From contig JAFAYA010000103.1 in the NCBI GenBank assembly GCA_019240635.1, positions 10,021-74,020 of the forward strand: 64,000 nt of DNA, read 5' to 3'. This document shows positions 9,535 to 19,039 of the stretch, piece by piece. Origin of the DNA: Acidisphaera sp. GTDB taxonomy: Bacteria; Pseudomonadota; Alphaproteobacteria; Acetobacterales; Acetobacteraceae. The notes under the pieces are model-generated. The model saw only the letters and a program-made list of their open reading frames with translations. It did no database searches and was not told where the DNA came from. Positions within the stretch are counted from its first letter, which is position 1, and each line of letters starts with the position of its first letter. Made by a program: the position numbers and the translations under genes.

Positions 9535-10605
9535 TTATCCGCAGGGAGCGGCGCGGCTGATCGCGGCGCTCCCCGCCAGCTCCGCGCGCACGATCGCGGC
9601 CCCGTCGGCCAGCGCCCGCAGCTTGCCGAACGCGCGGTCGCGGGGCAGGTATTTCATGCCGCAGTCCGGCGCCGGGATCAGCCGCGCGGCATCGACATGT
9701 TCGAGGCCGCGGCGAATGCGCGCGGCGACCTCCTCGGCGCTCTCCACGCTCTCGCGCCCGAGGTCGAGCACCCCGAGCAGGATCGTCTTGGCCGACAGGT
9801 CGCGCAGCACGCCGAGGTCGAGGCCGGGCTGCGCCGCCTCGATGGAGATCTGTCCGGCGATGCAGTCTGCGAGCAGCGGCAGCACCGCGTAGGCGGCGGG
9901 CTTGTCGTGCACGATCGCGGCGTAGCCGAAGCAGACATGCACCACCGTCGGCCCGGGAATACCCGCCAGCGCGCGGTTCAGCGCGGCCAGCGCGTAGCGC
10001 CAGGCGGCGTCCGGCCGCTCCTCCATCCAGGGCTCGTCGAGCTGGATCACGTCGGCGCCGGCGGCCTTCAGCGCGCGCGCCTCCTCGTTCACCGCGGCGG
10101 CGTAGGCGAGCGCCGCCTCCGCCGCGTCGCCGTAGAACTCGTCGCACGCCTGCTGGGTCATCGTGAACGGGCCGGGCAGCGTGACCTTCACGGGACGCTT
10201 GGTGTTGCGGCGCAGGAAAGCGAGATCGCGCAGTTCGACCGGGCCGCGCCGGCGGATCGGGCCGACGATCCGGGGCACCTGGGTGCGCCGGCCGGTGCGG
10301 CCGACGACCTCCGCCGGGTTGTCCACATCGATGCCGTCGACCGACAGGGCGAAGCGGTTGGAGTAGCTCTCCCGGCGGATCTCGCCGTCGGTGATGATGT
10401 CGATCCCCGCACGCTCCATGTCGCGGATCGCGAGCAGGGTGGCGTCGTCCTGCGCAGCCTCGAGCAGCGCGGCCGGCACGCGCCAGATCTCGCTCGCGCG
10501 CACGCGCGGCACGGTGCGCGAGCGCAGCAGCGCGCGATCGACCAGCCAGTCCGGCTGCGGATAGCTGCCGACCACGGTCGTCGGCAGCAGTGCGGGGAGC
10601 TGCAT
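9535..10605 (-). CDS. Cobalamin-independent methionine synthase-like protein (short core-MetE / MetE C-terminal domain family Zn methyltransferase)
   Basis: 356 aa. VVGSYPQPDWL N-terminus, DGEIRRESY, VIQLDEP. Zn-ligand motifs H-x-C (HVCFG) and PDCGM are present. Confidence 0.85.
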   Translation of the reverse strand: MQLPALLPTTVVGSYPQPDWLVDRALLRSRTVPRVRASEIWRVPAALLEAAQDDATLLAIRDMERAGIDIITDGEIRRESYSNRFALSVDGIDVDNPAEVVGRTGRRTQVPRIVGPIRRRGPVELRDLAFLRRNTKRPVKVTLPGPFTMTQQACDEFYGDAAEAALAYAAAVNEEARALKAAGADVIQLDEPWMEERPDAAWRYALAALNRALAGIPGPTVVHVCFGYAAIVHDKPAAYAVLPLLADCIAGQISIEAAQPGLDLGVLRDLSAKTILLGVLDLGRESVESAEEVAARIRRGLEHVDAARLIPAPDCGMKYLPRDRAFGKLRALADGAAIVRAELAGSAAISRAAPCG

Positions 10606-10646
10606 CGGCAGCTGCCGGGGCGTTCGCCGGTTGCGGGCCCGCCGGA

Positions 10647-12425
10647 CTATCCCGCGACGGCCGCGGCGCGGCTGCGGGCGCGGTCCCGCCTGGCCTTGTC
10701 GCCGGCGGCGCGCGCCGCCTCCGTGGCGGTGAACATCTCCAGCCGGTCGAGATCGTCCTCGGCCACCGCTGCGAGTGCGGTGTCGGTGTAGGCGCGGCGC
10801 TCCGGGTCACGCTTGATCGCCCGGCGCACCGCGGCCATGCGCAGCACCATCCGGCCGATGCGCACGTGCTTCTCGACCAGGTCGGCGAGATAGCGCGGAT
10901 AGAACAGCAGCGCATTCTCCACCGGCAGACCGGGCCGGCGGTCGGTGCGCACCTTCCGGCGGAGATAGCCGCCTTCCAGCGGGTGAATTTTTTCGATCGT
11001 CACGCAGCCCCAGAACCACATCAGCAGGAACATCATTTTTCCGGGGCTGATGCCGGTGGCGGCCGCGCGGCGCATCACCCGCTCCATGTGCTCGGGCGTG
11101 TAGTAGGTCCGCCAGGCCAGCCGGTAGGCGTGCTCCCACTCGGCCTTCGACATCAGGGGATGCGCGGTGCAGACATGCTCGAGGTCGTACTTGTTCATGT
11201 CGGGGTCCATCGGCACACCCTGCGCCCAGAGCCGCTTGTGGTCCTCCGAGCCCGGCAGCGGCGTGAGGCAGAAGAACTCCAGCAGGTCGAGCGGCAGCTC
11301 GCGCTGGATGATGCGGATGTCCCGCACGATCGTCTCCGGCGTGTCGGCGGGAAAGCCGAGAATGTAGCCCGCGTAGGTGAAGCAGCCGACGCGCTTCCAC
11401 TCAAGCAGCATCCGGCGGTACTCGGAGATGCGGTTCTGCCGCTTCTTCGCCGCGAGCAGGCTGTCCGGGTTGATGCTCTCCAGGCCGAGGAACACCCGGG
11501 TCACGCCGGCGCGCGCCGCCTTCTCGATGAAATGCGGGATCTTGTGGCAAAGCGTGTCGACCTGGATCACGAAGCGGAAGAACAGCCCCTCCTGCTCGTG
11601 CATCGCGATGAGCCGGTCGAAGATCGGTTCCCAGTTGCGGTTGCGCGCCAGGTTGTCGTCGGTGATGAAAAAGTGGTCGATGCCCTGGGCGAGGTTGCGG
11701 CGAATGATCCCCTCGACGTCATCGGGCGTGCGGTAGCGGGATTTGCGGCCCTGCACGTTGATGATCGTGCAGAAGGAGCATTGGAACGGGCAGCCGCGGC
11801 CGGCGTCGAAGCTGGTCAGCCGGCCGCCCGTGCGCTCGACGCGGGCAGCCGGCAGGATCGGCGGCGGCGCGCCCTCCAGTCCCGGCAGGTCGTCCATGAA
11901 ATTGTAGAGCGGTGCCAATTGGCCGGCGAGCGCGTCGCGCAGCACCGCTTCCAGCCGCCCCTCGGCCTCACCGGCGAACAGCGTGATGCCGAGATCGAGC
12001 GCTGCCTGCAGATCCTCGGGCATCTCCGGCAGCATGGCCAGGCAGCCGGAGACGTGAAAGCCGCCGATCGCCACCGGCACGCCCTCGGCGCGCAGCCGGC
12101 GCGCGATGTCGAGCGCGCGGGGGAACTGGTTGGACTGCACCCCGACCAGGCCGACCAGCCCGGCGCCCGCCTGGCGGATCGCCCGGGCGATGCGCGCCGG
12201 CCGCACCCGCGTGTTGGTCTCGTCGACCGCGGTGATCTCGAGAGCGACGTCCTCGCCGAGTGCGCGCCGGTCGCGCACGTCCAATGCCAGGCCGTGCAGG
12301 GCCGCGAGCGTGTTCGAGGGAATCGCCGAGCGCAGCCACTGGATGACATAGCCGTCGTCGTCGTAGTGCGACGGCTTGATGAGGGTCAGCAGAAAACGGC
12401 GGCGGCCCGGAGTGGCTTCGGGCAT
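10647..12425 (-). CDS. B12-binding-domain radical SAM protein (class B rSAM, about 590 aa)
   Basis: CxxxCxxC cluster motif (GCPFQCSFCT). An N-terminal Rossmann-like B12-binding region (KPSHYDDDGYVIQW ... GVQSNQF ... VAIGGFHVSG). Long C-terminal extension. Confidence 0.85.
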   Translation of the reverse strand: MPEATPGRRRFLLTLIKPSHYDDDGYVIQWLRSAIPSNTLAALHGLALDVRDRRALGEDVALEITAVDETNTRVRPARIARAIRQAGAGLVGLVGVQSNQFPRALDIARRLRAEGVPVAIGGFHVSGCLAMLPEMPEDLQAALDLGITLFAGEAEGRLEAVLRDALAGQLAPLYNFMDDLPGLEGAPPPILPAARVERTGGRLTSFDAGRGCPFQCSFCTIINVQGRKSRYRTPDDVEGIIRRNLAQGIDHFFITDDNLARNRNWEPIFDRLIAMHEQEGLFFRFVIQVDTLCHKIPHFIEKAARAGVTRVFLGLESINPDSLLAAKKRQNRISEYRRMLLEWKRVGCFTYAGYILGFPADTPETIVRDIRIIQRELPLDLLEFFCLTPLPGSEDHKRLWAQGVPMDPDMNKYDLEHVCTAHPLMSKAEWEHAYRLAWRTYYTPEHMERVMRRAAATGISPGKMMFLLMWFWGCVTIEKIHPLEGGYLRRKVRTDRRPGLPVENALLFYPRYLADLVEKHVRIGRMVLRMAAVRRAIKRDPERRAYTDTALAAVAEDDLDRLEMFTATEAARAAGDKARRDRARSRAAAVAG

Positions 12426-12539
12426 GGGCGGATCGACTCCAGACGGTATGGGTCGCTTCCTAGAACAGATCTTCGGCGGGCGAAATCACCCGCAGATTTC
12501 CCGCCCGGTCCTGTCACCCCGCCGCCACGCTGCGCGGGG

Positions 12540-13082
12540 TCACGGCTCCGGCGCGGTACCGTCATGGCGGCCGCCCAGCCGGTCGGTCCAGCCGAGCAGC
12601 ACGCCGGCAATCCCGAAGATCAGGAAAATCGCCGCCTGCCAGAGCACGTCCTGCTTGGGAACAGCGTGGATCTCGAGCACGGTGTCCAGCAGGTCGATGC
12701 CGGAAATGACCGTCATCGCGCCGACCACCTTGATCTTCATGGCATTGAAATCGAGGTGCTCCAGCCAGGGCAGGCGCGCGCCGCCCGCGGCCGGGATGAT
12801 CGGGGCGACGAAATTCTCCCAGCCGCCTATCATCACCATCAGCATGAGGTCGGCAACCAAGGCGAGGTCGACCAGCTTCAGCACGGCCACGATCAGGCCG
12901 GCGGTGGCCATGCCCGGGAGGCCGGCGACGGCCTGGACGAGTGCGACGGCGAACTTCGCCGCCACCAGGCAGAGCGCGGCGAACAGGCCGACATGGATCG
13001 GCGCCAGCACCCAGCGGCCGGCGAACAGCACGCGGCCGCAGAGCGTCGCGAGGGTGGGCGCGGCGCGGGGTTCGCCTTGCAT
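12540..13082 (-). CDS. yqhA: YqhA / UPF0114 family inner-membrane protein
   Basis: The translation aligns by eye with E. coli YqhA (RWVLAPIHVGL, LVDLALVADLMLMVMIGGWENFV, MKIKVVGAMTVIS). ATG 13080-13082 overlaps the lrp stop. Confidence 0.8.
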   Translation of the reverse strand: MQGEPRAAPTLATLCGRVLFAGRWVLAPIHVGLFAALCLVAAKFAVALVQAVAGLPGMATAGLIVAVLKLVDLALVADLMLMVMIGGWENFVAPIIPAAGGARLPWLEHLDFNAMKIKVVGAMTVISGIDLLDTVLEIHAVPKQDVLWQAAIFLIFGIAGVLLGWTDRLGGRHDGTAPEP

Positions 13083-13603
13083 CAGCTTCCTCCCTCCGGT
13101 GCGGCAGGAAGCGGCAGCGCGCGAAGCGGCACCGGCGTGGACTGCACGATCGAGGTCGTGGTCTGGCCGTGTGCCAGGAACCGGTCGATCACCTCGTCCA
13201 GCCGCTCCAGCGACGGCAGATACACTTTCAGCACCAGGCAGTCCTCGCCGGTGACGCGGTGGCACTCCACCACCTCCGGCGTGCGCTTCGCCAGCGCGGC
13301 AACTTTCGGCAACTGCCCCGGTGCCGGGCGCACCCGCACATAGGCGCAGACCGCGTAGCCCAGGGCGGCCGCGTCCAGTTGCAGCGTGTAGCCGGCGATC
13401 ACGCCGGCTTCCTCGAGCCGCAGCATCCGTTCGCGCACCGCCGGCCCCGACATGCCGATGCGGCGGGCCAGCTCGGCGATTCCGATGCGCGGGTCCTCGC
13501 CGAGCAGGCGCAGCAGTTCGAGGTTGCGGGAGTCCCGCAGCAGCCCAGACGGATGAAGGCGCACGGGCGGGTCCCCTTGCCGTTTCGAAAGCGGTCCCGC
13601 CAT
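13082..13603 (-). CDS. Lrp/AsnC family transcriptional regulator
   Basis: 173 aa. Has an HTH (DSRNLELLRLLGEDPRIGIAELARRIGMSGPAVRERMLRLEEAGVI) followed by an RAM/AsnC_trans_reg domain (ECHRVTGEDCLVLKV). Divergent from the EamA transporter gene. Confidence 0.9.
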   Translation of the reverse strand: MAGPLSKRQGDPPVRLHPSGLLRDSRNLELLRLLGEDPRIGIAELARRIGMSGPAVRERMLRLEEAGVIAGYTLQLDAAALGYAVCAYVRVRPAPGQLPKVAALAKRTPEVVECHRVTGEDCLVLKVYLPSLERLDEVIDRFLAHGQTTTSIVQSTPVPLRALPLPAAPEGGS

Positions 13604-13656
13604 TACGCCTTCGGAATGCCATTGGCCAACCGGAAATCTCCTGCCAGCTTCGTGCC

Positions 13657-14538
13657 ATGTCGGAGAACCCGGGGAGCGCCGGCTTCGCCCCGGCCCGGAT
13701 CGCGCCGCGCGTGCCGCCGCATGCCTTCTTCATGGTCAGCGCGGTGTTTCACTATCTCGGCCCGTCGTTTGCCGTGCTGCTGTTCGCGCGCGTCGAGCCG
13801 CTCGGCGTCGCCTGGCTGCGCATTGCCAGCGCCGGCGCGGTGTTCGCGCTGTGGCGCCGCCCCTGGCGGTTTTTCGCGACACGCGCGGCGCGCGAGCAGG
13901 CGGTGGTCATCGCACTCGGCGTGGTGCTGGCGGCGATGAATTCGGTGTTCTACGAGGCGATCGCCCGGCTGCCGCTCGGCACGGTCGGCGCCATCGAGTT
14001 TTTGGGACCGATCGCGCTCGCCGCCTTCGGCCTGCGCACGCGGCGCAATCTCGCCGCCCTCGCGCTGGCGACAGCCGGCGTCTATGTGCTGACTGACGTG
14101 CGCATTGCCGGCGCGCCGCTGGGCTTTCTGTTCGCCTTCGCCAACTGCGCGCTGTTCATGCTGTACGTGGTGCTCGGTCATCGCATCGCCTCGGCGGGCG
14201 GCGGGCTCTCCGGCATCGACCGGCTGGGGGCGGCGATGCTGATGGCCGCGGTGGCGGCCCTGCCCTTCGGCATCGGCGCGGCGGCGCCCGCGTTCAGGAG
14301 TCCGCTGCTGCTCGGCGCCGGCATCGGCGTCGGCGTCTCCTCCTCGGTGATCCCCTATGTCTGCGACCAGCTTGCGATGCAGCGCCTGCCGCGCGCGAGC
14401 TTCGCGCTGCTGCTTGCGCTGCTGCCGGCGACGGCGTCGCTGGTCGGCCTGCTGGTGCTGCGGCAGGTGCCCTCGCCCGCCGAGGCCGCCGGCATCGCGC
14501 TGGTCATCGCCGGCGTAGCGCTGCACCGCGCCGAGTAG
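13657..14538 (+). CDS. EamA/DMT-superfamily transporter (RhtA-like exporter)
   Basis: About 10 hydrophobic segments in two EamA repeats. Shows the typical divergent pairing with an Lrp-family regulator. ATG 13657 chosen. Confidence 0.85.
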   Translation: MSENPGSAGFAPARIAPRVPPHAFFMVSAVFHYLGPSFAVLLFARVEPLGVAWLRIASAGAVFALWRRPWRFFATRAAREQAVVIALGVVLAAMNSVFYEAIARLPLGTVGAIEFLGPIALAAFGLRTRRNLAALALATAGVYVLTDVRIAGAPLGFLFAFANCALFMLYVVLGHRIASAGGGLSGIDRLGAAMLMAAVAALPFGIGAAAPAFRSPLLLGAGIGVGVSSSVIPYVCDQLAMQRLPRASFALLLALLPATASLVGLLVLRQVPSPAEAAGIALVIAGVALHRAE

Positions 14539-14539
14539 A

Positions 14540-14645
14540 GGGGCCTGGGGCATTGCCCCAGCGGGGTCCAGGGGCGGAGCTGGCCAAGGTTCCGCCGGCA
14601 AAGCCGGTGGAATTGCCAGCGGAGGGAGCGCCCCTGGCCTGTTTT
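14540..14645. repeat. Palindromic intergenic repeat, copy A (core ctggggcattgccccagcggggtccaggggc)
   Basis: The core is shared with 56781-56823 and 62492-62534. It lies between the convergent eamA and coaA stop codons. Confidence 0.8.
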
Positions 14646-14650
14646 CCCTT

Positions 14651-15586
14651 TCACGCCTGCCGCAGCCAAACCTCCCCCACCGAATGGTCGGCGCGCTTGC
14701 GCAGCACCACGCGGGCGCGCTGGCGTGTGGGCAGGATGTTCTCGCGCAGGTTCACCAGGTTGATCGTGCGCCAGATGTTGCGCGCCGTCGCCCGTGCCTC
14801 CTCCTCCCGCAAATCCCGGAAGCGCCGGAAGAACGATGCCGGCGACTGGAACGCCGTGCGCTGCAGCAGCAGGAATCGCTCGACATACCAGGTCTCGATG
14901 TCCGCCTCGTCGGCGTCGATATAGACCGAGAAGTCGAAGAAGTCGGACGCGAGCACCGGGGTCGAGGCGGCCTGCAGCACGTTCAACCCTTCGAAGATCA
15001 GCACGTCCGGCTGCGCCACGACTTTTTGCTCGCCCGGCACGATGTCGTAGGTCAGGTGGGAATAGACCGGCGCCTGCACTTCCGGCGCGCCCGCCTTCAC
15101 GTCCGCCAGGAAGCGGATCATCCGCCGGAGATCATAGCTTTCCGGAAAACCCTTCCGCGCCATCAGCCCCCGCTCCTCCAGCACCCGATTGGAATGCAGG
15201 AAGCCGTCGGTCGTGACGAGCTCGACGCGCGGATGGTCCGGCCAGCGCGCCAGGATCGCGCGCAGCACGCGCGCGAACGTGCTCTTGCCCACGGCGACGC
15301 TGCCGGCGATGCCGATCACGTACGGCACGAGGCCGGACGGCAGGCCGAGAAAGGCGTCCTTCACGCGACCGAGGTTGCGCGCCGCCGAAACGTGCAGGTT
15401 GAGCAGGCGCGACAGCGGCAGATACGCCTCCGACACCTCGTCGAGCGAGACCGGCTCGTTGAGGCTGCGCAATTCGGCGAGATCGGCCTGCGAGAGGGTC
15501 AGCGGCGTGCTGGCGCGCAAGGTCGCCCACTCGCCGCGGCTGAAGATCATGTACGCGGCGAGATCGGTGACGCGGTGGTTCGTCAT
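14651..15586 (-). CDS. coaA: Type I pantothenate kinase
   Basis: P-loop [12 protein letters not shown], plus [14 protein letters not shown] and [10 protein letters not shown]. The 311-aa length matches CoaA. Confidence 0.92.
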   Translation of the reverse strand: MTNHRVTDLAAYMIFSRGEWATLRASTPLTLSQADLAELRSLNEPVSLDEVSEAYLPLSRLLNLHVSAARNLGRVKDAFLGLPSGLVPYVIGIAGSVAVGKSTFARVLRAILARWPDHPRVELVTTDGFLHSNRVLEERGLMARKGFPESYDLRRMIRFLADVKAGAPEVQAPVYSHLTYDIVPGEQKVVAQPDVLIFEGLNVLQAASTPVLASDFFDFSVYIDADEADIETWYVERFLLLQRTAFQSPASFFRRFRDLREEEARATARNIWRTINLVNLRENILPTRQRARVVLRKRADHSVGEVWLRQA

Positions 15587-15665
15587 TCGGGCGGGGCCTG
15601 GGCGGCGATGCGGCGAGGGTGCATCCTGGGGTGTCCGGCCGCGGCCAACAAGGTCCGGCACGCGA

Positions 15666-17216
15666 TTGCGGGAGACGACGCTGCCCGAGATCGTCCGCGA
15701 TATCGTCCCTTGGGCGTCCGACCTGCAATCGGTGCGCGCGGCGTTCGGCGAGCGACCCTGCATCCACGACGGCGAGCGCGGCCTCGACTTCGCGGGCATG
15801 ATTGGCCGGGCGGCGACGCTCGCGCATAGGTTGCGCGCCCGGGGCGTCGCGCCGGGGACGCCGGTCGCGACATCGCTGCCCAACGGCATTCCGGCGGTGT
15901 GGACCGCCGCCGCGCTGCGCCTCGCCGGAGCCGCGGAAGTTGCGCTGAACGCGGCGCTGGCGGGCGAGGAGCGGCGCTACTGTCTGGCGCTGTCCGGCGC
16001 CGGCCTGGTCCTGACCACCCGCGCGCAGGTCCCCGCTTTCGCTGCCCTCGGATGCGAGGCCATCGCCGTCGAAGACTTGCCGGACGCGCCCGGCGAGCTG
16101 GCCGGCCTGCCGCCGGTGCCGGGCGACGCTTTCGGGCGCATCAGCTTCACCTCCGGCACCACCGGCCGGCCGAAAGCCATCGTCCACACCCACGCGGCGC
16201 GCTGGATCGCCAACCTGCTGCAGCGGGCGAGCTGGTCGGTGATGCCCGGCCCGGGCAGCCGGCTGCTGCTGATGACGCCCTTCGTGCACGGCGCCGGCAT
16301 GCTGTTCCAGGCGTTTTGCGACCGCGGGGCCGAATGCGTGCTGCTCGACGGCGTGGACCCGCCGAAGCTGGAGGCGTTGCTGAGCAGCGGCGGCATCGAT
16401 TTCATCTTTGCGCCGCCGACCGTGCTGGCGAAGCTCGCCGCCGCCTTCCCGGACCGGCATTTTCCGGGCGTGCGCACGGTGTTCACCGGCACCGCACCGC
16501 TGGTCCCGGCACTCTACGCCAAGGCCCGCGCGCTGTTCGGCCCGGTGGTGCGGGTGACCTATGGGAAGTCCGAGATCGTGAACCCGATCACCGTGCTCTC
16601 CCCCGAACAGACCGAGGCCTGCTACGCCGAGGCCGCGCCGCACGAAGGCGTCTGCGTGGGTTTTCCCGCGACCGGCGTGGAAGTGGAAATCCGCGGCGAC
16701 ACCGGCGCGCCCTGCGGCCCCGAGGAAGTCGGCGAGGTGCATCTGCGCGCCCGCCATATGCTGCGCGGCCTGATCGATGCGTCCGGCTTTCGCCCGCTGC
16801 CCCCCGGCGCCTTCCACGACACCGGCGACCTCGGCCGCGTCGACGCGCAGGGTCGGTTGCATTTGGCCGGGCGCATGGCCGACGTCATCAAATCCGGCGG
16901 CTACAAGATCCACCCCGACGAGATCGAGCGTGCGCTGGCCGGCACCGCGCCCGCGGTTTCGGTGGTGGCGTTGCCCTCGGAATACTGGGGCGAGGTGATC
17001 GTCGCGGTGGCGGAGGGCGCCGATGCCGCATGGCCCGATCGGGCGCGCGCGGCGCTCGCCGGGCTGGCGCGCTACAAGCATCCCCGCGCCTTCATCGCCG
17101 TCGAGGAAATCGCCCGCAACGCGCAGGGCAAGGCGATGCGCCGTCTGGTGCGCGAGCGCCTGCTCGCGCGCTACCGGCTGATCGACGGTCCGCATCCCCT
17201 GCTGGAACGGCGCTGA
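15666..17216 (+). CDS. Adenylate-forming acyl-CoA synthetase / fatty-acyl-AMP ligase family enzyme
   Basis: AMP-binding motifs [29 protein letters not shown] and a C-terminal NAQGK. Start inferred as TTG 15666 (uncertain). Convergent with the PKS operon, with only 7 nt between stop codons. Confidence 0.8.
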   Translation: MRETTLPEIVRDIVPWASDLQSVRAAFGERPCIHDGERGLDFAGMIGRAATLAHRLRARGVAPGTPVATSLPNGIPAVWTAAALRLAGAAEVALNAALAGEERRYCLALSGAGLVLTTRAQVPAFAALGCEAIAVEDLPDAPGELAGLPPVPGDAFGRISFTSGTTGRPKAIVHTHAARWIANLLQRASWSVMPGPGSRLLLMTPFVHGAGMLFQAFCDRGAECVLLDGVDPPKLEALLSSGGIDFIFAPPTVLAKLAAAFPDRHFPGVRTVFTGTAPLVPALYAKARALFGPVVRVTYGKSEIVNPITVLSPEQTEACYAEAAPHEGVCVGFPATGVEVEIRGDTGAPCGPEEVGEVHLRARHMLRGLIDASGFRPLPPGAFHDTGDLGRVDAQGRLHLAGRMADVIKSGGYKIHPDEIERALAGTAPAVSVVALPSEYWGEVIVAVAEGADAAWPDRARAALAGLARYKHPRAFIAVEEIARNAQGKAMRRLVRERLLARYRLIDGPHPLLERR

Positions 17217-17223
17217 TGCGATG

Positions 17224-18339
17224 CTATGGCGCCCGCGCGGACAGCCGGGTGGCCCTTGAGGCGAGCGCGAGGGCGCCGGGCCAGGCAGCGCCGAGGCGCA
17301 TCAGCAGGGCCTGGCCGGGCGTCCCCCGGCCGAGCCGATACAGCGCGGAAGCGGAGCGGATCGGCCCGCCGATGTCGCGCCGCATGTGGCGGTGGTACGC
17401 GGCTGCCGGCCGGCCCGCGAGATAAGTCGCCGCGGCCACCGCCGCACTGTGCAGCGCGATCGACATGCCGCTGCCGGTGAAGGAGGCAATGACGCCCATC
17501 TGGTCGCCCAGCCGGAACACGCCGGGGGCGTCCTGCGCCGAGGCTGCGTGCAGAAAGCCATACGGCACGCGGTAGATCGAGAGCGGGCGCGGATCGAGCG
17601 GGGTCGCGCCGTCCAGCCGGGCGCGCAGATGCGGCTCGGTGTCGAGCAGGTCGTTCAGCAAGCCGGACCAGCCGCCTCCCGCGCGCCGCAGCCGCCGCCG
17701 CTGCACGAGCAGGCAGAGATTGGCGCGCTCGCCCTCCACACGCTGCAGGCCGGCATAGCCGCCCGCGAGCAGCAACACCTCCACGTGTCCGGCGAGCGCC
17801 GATCGCTGGGAGTCGGCGAGACGAAGATGCAGCTTGAAGCCGACGAGGTCCTCGGGCGGCGAGGCGGGCACGCGCCGCAGGCCGCGCAGGTCGTGCTTGC
17901 CGGTGGCGAGGAACAGCGCAGCGGCCGGGATTTCGCCGAGCCCCTCGACGGCGAGCGTCACGGGATCGCCGCATCGCGCCAGTGTCACGGCGTGTCCACG
18001 CCGCACATCCGCGCCGGCCGCCGCGGCTTGCTGGCGGAGCGCCTCATCAAGGGTGCGGCGCGACAGCCCGTAGCCGGCGAAGGGCAGCGCCGCCTCGACG
18101 ATCGAGTCGCGGCGGACCAGCCGCACGCCGGTGATCCGGTGTGCCCCGAGGGCGGCGGGATCGACGCCCAGCCGCATCAGGTAGCGCTGCGCCTCGCGGC
18201 TGATGAACTCGCCGCAGATTTTTGGCGCGGGGGAAGCGTCGCGCTCCAGCACCAGCACGCGGCGGCCGGCGCGCGCCAGTAGACCGGCGGCAGCCGCGCC
18301 CGCAAGCCCACCGCCGGCGACGACGACCGGGGCCGTCAC
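17224..18339 (-). CDS. FAD-dependent oxidoreductase / aromatic hydroxylase-like flavoprotein (SrsC-like position)
   Basis: N-terminal dinucleotide fold VVVAGGGLAGAAAAGLLARAGRRVLVLE, then CGEFIS. GTG 18337-18339 overlaps the methyltransferase stop (GTGA). Confidence 0.75.
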   Translation of the reverse strand: MTAPVVVAGGGLAGAAAAGLLARAGRRVLVLERDASPAPKICGEFISREAQRYLMRLGVDPAALGAHRITGVRLVRRDSIVEAALPFAGYGLSRRTLDEALRQQAAAAGADVRRGHAVTLARCGDPVTLAVEGLGEIPAAALFLATGKHDLRGLRRVPASPPEDLVGFKLHLRLADSQRSALAGHVEVLLLAGGYAGLQRVEGERANLCLLVQRRRLRRAGGGWSGLLNDLLDTEPHLRARLDGATPLDPRPLSIYRVPYGFLHAASAQDAPGVFRLGDQMGVIASFTGSGMSIALHSAAVAAATYLAGRPAAAYHRHMRRDIGGPIRSASALYRLGRGTPGQALLMRLGAAWPGALALASRATRLSARAP

Positions 18340-19034
18340 TTCAGCCGCCCAACGCAGAGCCGGAACGGGACGTGCCAGCGCGTCTCGGCCGCGACACCCG
18401 CTTGCTGTAGCAGGCGTGTCCAGTCCGGCTTGCGGAAGCTGCGCGCGATGGAGACCGTGCCGTCCAGCCGCACGATCCGGTGCCAGCCAGCGGCGCGCGC
18501 CAGCACGCGAAAGCCCCAGTAGGGCAGGGCGTGCCGGTGCAGGTCGGCGATGAACCAGCCGCGCGCGGCGTGGCGCTCGAGCCAGCGAAGGAAGTGCAGC
18601 AATTCGGGGTCCGTGAGGTGGTGGGCGAACTGCGAGCTCACGACGAAATCGGGCGAGGGGTCGGGCGCATAGTCGAACACGTTGCCGGTGCGATACGCGA
18701 TCGCCGCCCCGGGCGGCGTGGCGGCCGCGGCGGCGACCGCGCTGCGCGGGTTCAGGTCGATCCCCTCGAGGCTTGCTTGCAGGCCGCGCCGGTCGGCCCA
18801 GCGGCGGACGGCGCGCAGCAGGTCGCCCTCGCCGCAGCCGACGTCGAGGACGCAGAGGTGGGCACCGCGCGGCAGCGCGCGCGTCGCCCGGGCCAGCCAT
18901 CGCAGGGTCGGACGGTGCGTCAGGGTGACGCGGTTGACCGCCGCCAGGTCGTGCAGGCAGCGGGCGTACTCGTCGGCGGTGACGGTTTCGCCGTCCATCA
19001 GCTCGGCTTGCGTGCTGCGGCGGGAGAGGTCCAC
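18336..19034 (-). CDS. Class I SAM-dependent methyltransferase (SrsB-like position)
   Basis: SAM motif I VLDVGCGEGDL. 232 aa. The GTG start lies 5 nt after the PKS stop. Confidence 0.8.
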   Translation of the reverse strand: MDLSRRSTQAELMDGETVTADEYARCLHDLAAVNRVTLTHRPTLRWLARATRALPRGAHLCVLDVGCGEGDLLRAVRRWADRRGLQASLEGIDLNPRSAVAAAAATPPGAAIAYRTGNVFDYAPDPSPDFVVSSQFAHHLTDPELLHFLRWLERHAARGWFIADLHRHALPYWGFRVLARAAGWHRIVRLDGTVSIARSFRKPDWTRLLQQAGVAAETRWHVPFRLCVGRLK

Positions 19035-19039
19035 GGCGC

